Shown piece by piece: positions 26,353 to 34,016 of a stretch of DNA of 64,000 nt (the stretch's first letter is position 1; the number at the start of each line of letters is the position of its first letter). The stretch is from NCBI GenBank assembly GCA_964531275.1, contig CAZHDZ010000002.1, forward strand, positions 122,180 to 186,179, written 5' to 3'. Source of the stretch: an uncultured Gammaproteobacteria bacterium. GTDB taxonomy: Bacteria; Patescibacteriota; Microgenomatia; Levybacterales; GWA1-39-11. The notes below the pieces were generated by a model. It saw only the letters and a program-made list of their open reading frames with translations, was not told the origin of the DNA and did no database searches. The translations under genes were made by a program, and so were the position numbers.

Positions 26353-27021
26353 ATGCGGATTTTAATTGTTGAGGACGAACAAAAAATAGCCAATTCCCTA
26401 AAGAAAGGTTTTGAGCAAGAATCATATGCGGTTGATGTTACGTATGACGGACGTGATGGATATGAAATGGCAATATCTGAAGAGTACGACGTAATAATTT
26501 TAGATAGACTTATGCCAAAAATGAGTGGTATCGAGCTTTGTAAGAAGCTCCGGGAAGAAAAAAATCATACTCCTATTATTATGTTGACAGCACGCGGGGA
26601 AGTTGATGATAAAGTAGAAGGTCTTAACGCCGGAGCGGATGACTATCTTCCGAAGCCATTTGCATTTGCGGAGCTTCTGGCTCGTGTGAGAGCTGTCTCG
26701 CGGCGTCCAAAAGCTGCTGTCGCCTCAGTTCTCCAGGTCGGTGACTTGACACTTGATTCTGTGACATTCGAAGCTGTTAGGGGGAAAATTAGAATTAGTC
26801 TTTCTAGCAAAGAGTATGCACTTCTAGAATATCTCATGCGGCATAAAGGCAAAGTAGTTAAGAAAGAGCAAATAATGACCCATGTATGGAATTATGATGC
26901 AGACGTGATGCCCAATTCAGTTGAGGTTTATATAACACATTTGAGAAACAAGATTGATAAACCTTTTGTTGGACGAGAGCTAATTACTACGGTTAGAGGT
27001 TTTGGTTATAAAATCGGATAA
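26353..27021 (+). CDS. OmpR-family two-component response regulator
   Basis: Receiver domain (ILIVEDE ... D51 in ILDRLMP ... K in LTARGE) plus a C-terminal winged-helix (LTxxEYxLLEYLMRHKGKVVxKEQI...VEVYITHLRNKID). Confidence 0.85.
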   Translation: MRILIVEDEQKIANSLKKGFEQESYAVDVTYDGRDGYEMAISEEYDVIILDRLMPKMSGIELCKKLREEKNHTPIIMLTARGEVDDKVEGLNAGADDYLPKPFAFAELLARVRAVSRRPKAAVASVLQVGDLTLDSVTFEAVRGKIRISLSSKEYALLEYLMRHKGKVVKKEQIMTHVWNYDADVMPNSVEVYITHLRNKIDKPFVGRELITTVRGFGYKIG

Positions 27022-27026
27022 ATTAG

Positions 27027-27242
27027 ATGTTTCACAACGCTAGATTACAACTCACTGCCTGGTATTTGATAAGCGTAGCCAAGCAAATAAATTAATATGT
27101 TTCACAACGCCAGATTACAATTAACGGCATGGTATTTGCTTAGTGTAACGAAGCAAATAAATATGTTCCATAACGCTAGACTACAACTATCGGCATGGTA
27201 TTTGCTTATGATCAAGGACAAAGCAAATACTAACTATTAAAT
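27027..27242 (+). repeat. three degenerate tandem copies (70, 66 and 80 nt) of the histidine-kinase 5' end, forming short uORFs that encode MFHNARLQL(T/S)AWYL...
   Basis: ATGs at 27027, 27097 and 27163, with the real gene ATG at 27243. Each copy starts atgttYcaYaacgcNagaYtWcaaYtNNcNgcMtggtatttg, and the differences fall almost exclusively at synonymous positions. Confidence 0.8.
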
Positions 27243-28253
27243 ATGTTCCATAACGCAAGACTTCAATTAACGGCATGGTATTTGCTTATGATCATGTTCA
27301 TTAGCCTTATTTTTAGCGTGGTCATTTATGCAAATGTCGATCGTGAATTAGTAAGATTCGAGAAATTTCAGGAATTAAGCCGTGATAGAGCCGCTCAATA
27401 TTTTGGGTCATATCCAGGAGCGGAAATCCCCAACACTGTTGACGAGCAACTTATAAATGAAGCAAGAGGTAGACTTTTAAGTGACCTTGTAATTTTAAAT
27501 GTTTGTATTCTCATTGCTGCAGGTGTTGCGGGGTACTTTTTAGCTGGTAGAACACTTACCCCCATTAGAAAAATGATTGAGGATCAGTCTCGATTCTTTG
27601 GAGATGCATCTCACGAGCTCAAAACGCCAATCACCTCTCTCAAGTCTGAAATAGAAATTTATCTTCGACTAAAGAAAAAAAGCTTAAAAGATGCTGACGA
27701 GGTGTTGAAAAGTAACCTTGAAGAAGTTAACAGAATGCAAGACTTAACTAATAACTTACTAACGCTCGCAACGCTTGAAAAAGCAGGTCAAAAGCTAAAT
27801 TTTACCCAAGTATTTATTCGTGAAGTACTCTTGGAAGCTTCAAAAAATGTAAGCGCACAAGCAAAGAAGAAAAAGACCAGCATTACAATAAAGGGTCAAA
27901 ATATTTCTTTTTCAGGCAATCAAAATAGTCTCATTCAGTTATTTACTATTCTTTTTGACAATGCCATTAAATATAGTAAGGACTCAAGCAAGATTGTTGC
28001 AAGCGCCCAAAAGACGAACGGATTCGTGAGTATAAAGGTAGTAGATAATGGAATAGGAATTCCTGAGGATGAAATAGAGAATATATTTGACAGATTTTAT
28101 AGAGTTGATAAATCAAGAACGTCGGGTGACGCTGGAGGTTTTGGCCTTGGGCTTTCGATAGCAAAAGAAATTGTTCTACTTCACGGTGGCGAAATACAAG
28201 TTAAAAGTTCGTCTTCCGGCTCTACATTTACGATCGATATCCCCTCAGCATAG
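27243..28253 (+). CDS. sensor histidine kinase (HisKA + HATPase_c), partner of the upstream OmpR regulator
   Basis: H-box GDASHELKTPITSL, N-box FDNAIKYS, and G boxes DNGIGIPED and GGFGLGLSIAKEIV, with two N-terminal TM segments. Confidence 0.85.
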   Translation: MFHNARLQLTAWYLLMIMFISLIFSVVIYANVDRELVRFEKFQELSRDRAAQYFGSYPGAEIPNTVDEQLINEARGRLLSDLVILNVCILIAAGVAGYFLAGRTLTPIRKMIEDQSRFFGDASHELKTPITSLKSEIEIYLRLKKKSLKDADEVLKSNLEEVNRMQDLTNNLLTLATLEKAGQKLNFTQVFIREVLLEASKNVSAQAKKKKTSITIKGQNISFSGNQNSLIQLFTILFDNAIKYSKDSSKIVASAQKTNGFVSIKVVDNGIGIPEDEIENIFDRFYRVDKSRTSGDAGGFGLGLSIAKEIVLLHGGEIQVKSSSSGSTFTIDIPSA

Positions 28254-28290
28254 GCTTGACAGTTACTACTGATTACAACATACTTAACTT

Positions 28291-29244
28291 ATGAGCTCAG
28301 ATGAGGTACATAAATATTTTGAAGTAGGGTTAAAAAGCGGAAAAAGCATTGCTGACATTAAAGCAGAGCTTATTTCTGCAGGAGTTGAGCCTACTTTGAT
28401 TGATACTGTAGCTGCAGAAGTAGAAAAGATTAGGGGAGAAATGCCGGAAGCCCCGAATCCAGCATCTCTTTCAAAAAGGATGTACCCCATAATTACTATC
28501 AATCGCATAAAGGATCCCAAAAGAAGCTATGCATTCCCTATATTTGGAGGCTTAACGAAGGGAATTATCCTAATTCCACAATTTGCCATGCTCTGGTTTG
28601 CTTCTCTATGTATGGGAGTGGGACTTCTTATTAACCCTTTTGTAGTGCTTTTTACGGGCAAATACTGGATGCCTGCCTATAATTGGGTTGTCCGATTCGT
28701 CAACATACAGGTAAAAATAAGTTTTTTCTTCAGTGGACTAACCAATAGATATCCTGGATTCAACTTCTCAATCCAAGACAGCTATATAGTAACTGTGCCC
28801 TATCCGACAGCTCCTAGCAAGCTATATGCTATACCTCTCTTTGGATTTGCGGTGAGAGCCATATTAACTCTTCCCTTTAATATTTACTCCTCAGTACTCA
28901 CGAGTGGTAGCTCTGTAATGGCTTCATTCTCTTCTTTCTCAGTTCTTTTCAAAGGATATTATCCGGAAAGTACATATGAGCTAGAAAGAGATTCATTAAG
29001 AGTTAATCTTGCTGGAACTCTGTACTTTGCGGGTATCAGTGACACTCTTCCCACCTATAAAATTTCAAAAAATCATTTAGGACTTAAGATGATATTTATA
29101 ATAATTGGCGCAATTTTAACAATTTTGAATATGTTAAGTAATTTCAGTGATCAAAATGATTCTCAAGGTAGAAATAGATATAAATCCTATCTAACACCCA
29201 CTCCAACATACGAAATTCCCTATAAAATAGAAAATACCAACTAA
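28291..29244 (+). CDS. DUF4389 domain membrane protein (two repeats)
   Basis: VLFTGKYWMPAYNWVVRFVNIQVKISFFFSGLTNRYPGFNF matches the DUF4389 signature (LFTGRYP ... W..RV.AY ... TDxYPPF); a second repeat has KGYYPESTYEL. Confidence 0.5.
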   Translation: MSSDEVHKYFEVGLKSGKSIADIKAELISAGVEPTLIDTVAAEVEKIRGEMPEAPNPASLSKRMYPIITINRIKDPKRSYAFPIFGGLTKGIILIPQFAMLWFASLCMGVGLLINPFVVLFTGKYWMPAYNWVVRFVNIQVKISFFFSGLTNRYPGFNFSIQDSYIVTVPYPTAPSKLYAIPLFGFAVRAILTLPFNIYSSVLTSGSSVMASFSSFSVLFKGYYPESTYELERDSLRVNLAGTLYFAGISDTLPTYKISKNHLGLKMIFIIIGAILTILNMLSNFSDQNDSQGRNRYKSYLTPTPTYEIPYKIENTN

Positions 29245-29256
29245 GTGTGGTATAAT
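29228..29256 (+). promoter_or_regulatory. candidate extended -10 promoter (tagaaa, 17 nt spacer, TGgTATAAT) giving a roughly 170-nt leader for the DEAD-box helicase gene
   Basis: Sequence tagaaaataccaactaagtgTGgTATAAT; such long leaders are typical of cold-shock DEAD-box helicase genes. Confidence 0.35.
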
Positions 29257-29429
29257 TACTCTAGGTTATTAAGCAGATAGTGTTTGACTCGTTCAAACCG
29301 AAGGCTCAACTTCTTTAAGATTTTCACCCTTCACCTTGCCCAACAATCTCATTTTTTTGAAAGCGCATTCTTGGGAATCGCATTAGTGCTAGATTTTTTA
29401 TTCCCGTTGTGCTTTCAAATTATCAAATT

Positions 29430-30707
29430 ATGAATAAAACATTTTACAAAAATAATAATGGTACTTCTGGCTCAGGTGGAAGAAGAAGCTTTGCTGGTCG
29501 TGGCAGCTACACCCAGTCGGGAAGCTACAACCAAAAAGGTGGTAGTCTTTCCAGAAATCCTCATGCATTTAGAAGCACACCACAAATGCGTGGTGGAAGA
29601 AAAATGTCCACATTTAATCCTTCAATGCTCGTAAATGAAGTAAAGGAATACACTCCTGTAGAGCAGTTTGTCCCAATACATAAATTCACAGACTTTAATT
29701 TAGATGAAAGATTAATGGCAAATATTGTTTCAAAAGGCTACGAACTTCCTACCCCTGTTCAAGATGAAGGTATTATTCCCATGCTTGAAGGCAAGGATAT
29801 TATCGGAATTGCCAATACAGGTACGGGAAAAACTGCTGCCTTTTTGATACCACTCATAAATAAAGTTCTTCAAGACCGTAACAAAAAGGTAATTATATTA
29901 GCTCCAACCCGCGAATTAGCTGTTCAGATTAGGGACGAATTTGAAGATTTTACGCGCGGTATGCATATCTACTCAGTGCTTTTAATAGGAGGGGTTAATG
30001 CTTATAGACAGAAAATGGGCTTGAGAAATGAATTTAATTTTGTGATAGGAACCCCTGGACGTGTGAAAGACATGATAATGGATCGAAAATTAAATCTTGC
30101 ACTCTTTGATAGTGTGGTTCTTGATGAGGCAGACCACATGGTAGACATTGGATTTATTCATGACGTTAAATACTTTATTTCGCTTCTTCCAAGAAAAAGA
30201 CAGTCTCTTTTCTTTTCGGCAACAATTGATGGAAAAGTTAAGGAAATCCTTAATGATTTCGTGACCAATCCAGTAACAATTTCTGTCAAAACTCACGATA
30301 CTGCTGATAATGTAGAGCAAGAAGTTATCAAGACTGAAAGCCAGAACAGAAAAATTGAGCAGCTCCATGACTTACTTATCAAGAAAAATTACGAAAAAGT
30401 TATAATTTTCGGTCGCACAAAATGGGGAGTACAAAAGGTCTCTGACGAATTAAATAGACGAGGGTTCAAAACAGGAGCGATCCATGGCAATAAGAACCAA
30501 AATCAAAGACAAAGAACCCTCACTCAATTTAAAAGGAACGAACTAACTATTCTTCTAGCAACTGACGTTGCCGCAAGAGGACTTGATATTGATGATGTGT
30601 CACACGTTATAAATTACGATATGCCGGCAACTTATGAAGATTATATTCATAGAATTGGTCGTACTGGACGTGCAAATAAGCGTGGGACTGCCTTAACTTT
30701 CGTCTAG
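29430..30707 (+). CDS. DEAD-box ATP-dependent RNA helicase with an Arg/Gly/Ser-rich N-terminal extension
   Basis: Q motif (LPTPVQ), motif I ANTGTGKTAAF, motif II VLDEADHM, motif III SAT, and motif VI HRIGRTGRA. The N-terminal 60 aa are rich in GGRR/RGG. Confidence 0.85.
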   Translation: MNKTFYKNNNGTSGSGGRRSFAGRGSYTQSGSYNQKGGSLSRNPHAFRSTPQMRGGRKMSTFNPSMLVNEVKEYTPVEQFVPIHKFTDFNLDERLMANIVSKGYELPTPVQDEGIIPMLEGKDIIGIANTGTGKTAAFLIPLINKVLQDRNKKVIILAPTRELAVQIRDEFEDFTRGMHIYSVLLIGGVNAYRQKMGLRNEFNFVIGTPGRVKDMIMDRKLNLALFDSVVLDEADHMVDIGFIHDVKYFISLLPRKRQSLFFSATIDGKVKEILNDFVTNPVTISVKTHDTADNVEQEVIKTESQNRKIEQLHDLLIKKNYEKVIIFGRTKWGVQKVSDELNRRGFKTGAIHGNKNQNQRQRTLTQFKRNELTILLATDVAARGLDIDDVSHVINYDMPATYEDYIHRIGRTGRANKRGTALTFV

Positions 30708-30947
30708 CGCTATTAGCTTCTCTTTTTCTTTCTTTGGTAACTTTTTAATTGCAATTTCCCTTTTTAATGCTTTGCTGAGATTTTCTGCCTCCTCTTTATA
30801 AACTAACTCGACAGGTCGTCTTCCCGTTGTGTATTTTGCACCACCCTTTTCTATTCCATTGTGCTCTTTCAATCTCCTTTCCAAGTCGCGCGCTATCCCG
30901 CAATAGTATGAGTTATCTCGACATTTTAATAGGTATACAAAATACAT
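30693..30947 (-). CDS. GIY-YIG nuclease superfamily protein (UPF0213/YhbQ-like)
   Basis: YFVYLLKCRDNSYYCGIARDLERRLKEHN...GAKYT; 84 aa. Confidence 0.7.
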   Translation of the reverse strand: MYFVYLLKCRDNSYYCGIARDLERRLKEHNGIEKGGAKYTTGRRPVELVYKEEAENLSKALKREIAIKKLPKKEKEKLIALDES

Positions 30948-31005
30948 GTACTAGGAGTAACTATACTGGATTTTAGGTGCAAAATGTGATACAATAAGTA
31001 CCTTC

Positions 31006-31278
31006 ATGCAAGTAAAAGTTGTTAATCCATGTACCCGTTGCGGAAAAGAACGCATAGAGGGAAAAAAGTATTCTGAAGAGATTGCTACATTTTTTGGCAC
31101 CTCCACAATAATTCATGTGGATACTGTTTGTCCTGATCCAGAATGTCAGAAAATCGTTGAGGAAAAATTGGATGCTCAGAAGGCTAAGTCTGATGAACTA
31201 AAGGCTGAAAAGCAAAAAAAGCTTGATGTAGCAACCGCAGCAAGAAAAGCAAAAGCTGCTGCTGCAATCAAAAATTAA
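31006..31278 (+). CDS. hypothetical small protein with a CxxC...CxxxxC zinc-ribbon-like N-terminus and a Lys/Ala-rich tail
   Basis: CTRCGK...CPDPEC; 90 aa. Confidence 0.4.
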   Translation: MQVKVVNPCTRCGKERIEGKKYSEEIATFFGTSTIIHVDTVCPDPECQKIVEEKLDAQKAKSDELKAEKQKKLDVATAARKAKAAAAIKN

Positions 31279-31639
31279 GTTTTACTACTTCGAGAGACTA
31301 CGATTGATATTTTCATAGGGATAATAGCTATATGGTAATTCTGCTGTTCTGGTTAGAAGCATGTAGTATGAATGCAAAAAAACTACGAACAAAAGCAGGG
31401 CAAAAGGTATGAGGAGGAGATAATGATACTGGCCTTCGGGTAGCTTTCTTTTTCTTGGCATTTGATGATTATACATAATCCACTTTACTGTATGCTAGCT
31501 GTTTTGTAAGAAGAAGTTTTTTAATTCATGCTAAAAATCCTTGCTCCTCTTCCCGATAGATCTAAGCTTGCCATGCATGTAGAGCTTGTTTATATCCCAT
31601 AAAAGTCAGGGAAATGCTAGACTTTATAAAGTACTAAAA

Positions 31640-31897
31640 ATGAAACGTAAAGTAAAAGTGTGGTTCAAGGCAAAAGAATATGGTTGGGGATGGTATCCGG
31701 CATCTTGGCAAGGATGGCTAGTCCTAGCTTCTTATGTCGTTATAAATTTCCTTACATTTCTTGAAGTTGACAGAATTTCAGACACTGCACAAGATTCCCT
31801 TATTAACTTTTTTCTTCCTTTTATATTCTTTCTTTCAGTCCTACTTGTCATTTGCTACATGACAGGAGAAAGACCTCGTTGGCGATGGGGAAAGTAA
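31640..31897 (+). CDS. small hypothetical membrane protein
   Basis: MKRKVKVWFKAKEYGWGWYPASWQGWLVLASYVVINFL...; two TM helices. The ORF track starts earlier (31586). Confidence 0.35.
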   Translation: MKRKVKVWFKAKEYGWGWYPASWQGWLVLASYVVINFLTFLEVDRISDTAQDSLINFFLPFIFFLSVLLVICYMTGERPRWRWGK

Positions 31898-32149
31898 ATC
31901 ATCGTGAAAATCCTAAAATTTTTTGTGAAACAAAAATTTGTAGACTTTGATGAGAATTGTTATAGAAGATATCTATTGTAAGAAAAATTTTCACGTAGTC
32001 TAATGATCATGGTTCTCGGCAGGACTCTACAAATTGCCCCTCTGTAAAGTCCACTTGATAATTCTTAGTCTTTAATCTTTCTGCCCGCGAAAGACAACTT
32101 TTGGCAGAGTTGTTCATTGTGGTCAGTTTTTTGAAAGGAGGTGACTATA

Positions 32150-32686
32150 ATGAATATAAATAGAAAAATAATGATGAGCGGGCTTTCAATAGTCTCAGCT
32201 CTCACTCTTCTCGGAGGCACAGCATTCGCTGCTTTTACAGTTCAAGCACAGACAACAAACAATACTTTCTCAACAACAACTCCAGGTCTTTTGGTTTCTG
32301 TTAATGGAGGAAGCGAGGGTACTTCTGTTGCTGGTGTAAACGTCTCAGGACTTATTCCTGGAATAGTAAGCCCAACCCAAAGTTTTACAGTGCGCAACAC
32401 TGATACTGATGCAGGAGCAAACACTGCAACGACTATGCAGCTAACTCCAACTGGAGCAAATACTCTTTCAGGTGATGATTTGTCAATAACTGTTAATTGT
32501 GGAGGAGGCGATATAACAGGTACCTATACGGCTTGGATTACAACTCCTCAGTCAATAGGAACAATCGCTCCTGGAGCAACTGCTAACTGTACGATGACTG
32601 CAACTTTAAGCAGCTCTGCACCGAATTCTGCAGCTGGCAAAAGTGCTGTATTTGACGCTACCTTCACAGGTACCGTTGGTCTTTAG
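32150..32686 (+). CDS. TasA/camelysin-like secreted protein with a SipW-cognate-class signal peptide
   Basis: A strong SD (aaaggagg) sits 5 nt before the ATG at 32150. The signal peptide ends ...GGTAFAAFTVQAQTTNNTFST, resembling the AFT/NNTF hallmark of SipW-processed TasA-like proteins; the mature part is Thr/Gly/Asn-rich and beta-rich. Confidence 0.6.
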   Translation: MNINRKIMMSGLSIVSALTLLGGTAFAAFTVQAQTTNNTFSTTTPGLLVSVNGGSEGTSVAGVNVSGLIPGIVSPTQSFTVRNTDTDAGANTATTMQLTPTGANTLSGDDLSITVNCGGGDITGTYTAWITTPQSIGTIAPGATANCTMTATLSSSAPNSAAGKSAVFDATFTGTVGL

Positions 32687-32750
32687 TTCTTTTTCGCCGG
32701 TGGTGGGCGACTGCCTGACTCACCACCGACACCGGTAGCAATTAATTAAT

Positions 32751-33320
32751 ATGAAACAAACAACTCAAAAGCTTCTCCACTCTCCTGCAGCACAGCTATT
32801 TTCTGCAGTTATGAACGCTCTTTTGATAGTCTTTATCTTCGGAATGGTACCGGTTGTGCTTTTCATATTTATTACTTCTAGAAGCCCTATGCTTTGGGGA
32901 ATTAAGTCATACGTTGTGCAGACAGGGAGCATGGAGCCAGCACTAGAGGTTGGTAGCATGGTTTTCACTTATCCGCAAAAGAGTTATGAAGTTGGTGATG
33001 TTATAACTTTTAACAGAGGGAAAATTATTATTACTCACAGAGTTCACAATATAACTTCAGCAGGATTTGTCACAAAGGGAGATGCCAACAGTTCTGTCGA
33101 TGCGCAGATTGTGAGCAAGGGCAATATTATAGGGAAAGATGTCGTTGTTGTGCCTCTAATAGGTCGCTTAACAGGATTTATTAAGACTCCATTTGGATTC
33201 GGACTACTGCTTGGTATCCCTACTCTACTATTTGTTATATACGAGGCTTTTCAAATTAAAAAGGAATGGGAAAAATCAATTGAGCAAAAAATTATGAAGA
33301 AATTGAATTATGAGGTTTAA
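32751..33320 (+). CDS. signal peptidase I, SipW-like (ER/archaeal type)
   Basis: VQTGSMEPALEVGSMVF (SGSMEP box) and ITHRVHNI (catalytic His box), with N- and C-terminal TM anchors. Confidence 0.75.
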   Translation: MKQTTQKLLHSPAAQLFSAVMNALLIVFIFGMVPVVLFIFITSRSPMLWGIKSYVVQTGSMEPALEVGSMVFTYPQKSYEVGDVITFNRGKIIITHRVHNITSAGFVTKGDANSSVDAQIVSKGNIIGKDVVVVPLIGRLTGFIKTPFGFGLLLGIPTLLFVIYEAFQIKKEWEKSIEQKIMKKLNYEV

Positions 33321-33786
33321 AAAGTATTATTTATTCGCGCCTATTGCGGGCACTCTAGTATTAATTCTTGTCTCCTCTACTCTAGCTATATTTACCACAC
33401 AAGCAAAGGCTTCCAATAATACTTTTTCAACTGCTTTAGTATTTGGTAGTCCTACCCCAACTATTACTCCCACTATCACAATCACGCCATCAGTGACTCC
33501 AACTACTACACCAACCCCAACTACAACGATAACTCCAACACCGACGTCTACTCATGATGACTGCGACACCAATGTAGTTGTAATAGGAGGGGGAGCTGGC
33601 TCTAATACAGAAGCTATAGTGGAATGCGAGACCTCAACAACAGTAAATCAAAGCAATAATACCACCAGCAACACCACAGTTAACCAAACGTCCTCTACAG
33701 GCAATAATTCTTCTTCTCACAACGTAACGACTGGTAATTCAAGCAACACTACGACTACAACCACAATAACCTCTACAAACAATTAA
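33310..33786 (+). CDS. second TasA-like SipW-cognate secreted protein with a Thr/Pro-rich linker and Asn/Ser/Thr-rich C-terminus
   Basis: The signal peptide ends LAIFTTQAKASNNTFST, followed by (PTxT)n repeats (PTPTITPTITITPSVTPTTTPTPTTTITPTPTS) and then N/S/T-rich sequence. Confidence 0.55.
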   Translation: MRFKKYYLFAPIAGTLVLILVSSTLAIFTTQAKASNNTFSTALVFGSPTPTITPTITITPSVTPTTTPTPTTTITPTPTSTHDDCDTNVVVIGGGAGSNTEAIVECETSTTVNQSNNTTSNTTVNQTSSTGNNSSSHNVTTGNSSNTTTTTTITSTNN

Positions 33787-34016
33787 GTATTACCTATAAC
33801 TTTTACAGTTATTACATCGCCCTTACTTTTCCTGCGTAACATTGAGTAGTAACAAGTTAAATTTACTTAATTTTTATTTAACTTTATTTTAATTTTTATT
33901 TAACTTAGTTTTATACTATACTGTAAGTAGATAGTATCCACGCTGCTTTTGTTAAAAGAAATTATCTGAATTTTGAGCCCCAGTATAGAATACTGGCGAA
34001 ATCATAAATATACATA

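Noticed and set aside
27027-27242. Possibility that the three HK start copies are simple polymerase-slippage junk.
   Set aside because: Not rejected as a feature, but the junk explanation is disfavoured: the copies keep intact ATGs and stops, and their differences are overwhelmingly synonymous, which slippage or neutral decay would not produce. Assembly artefact remains the main alternative and is flagged in the findings.
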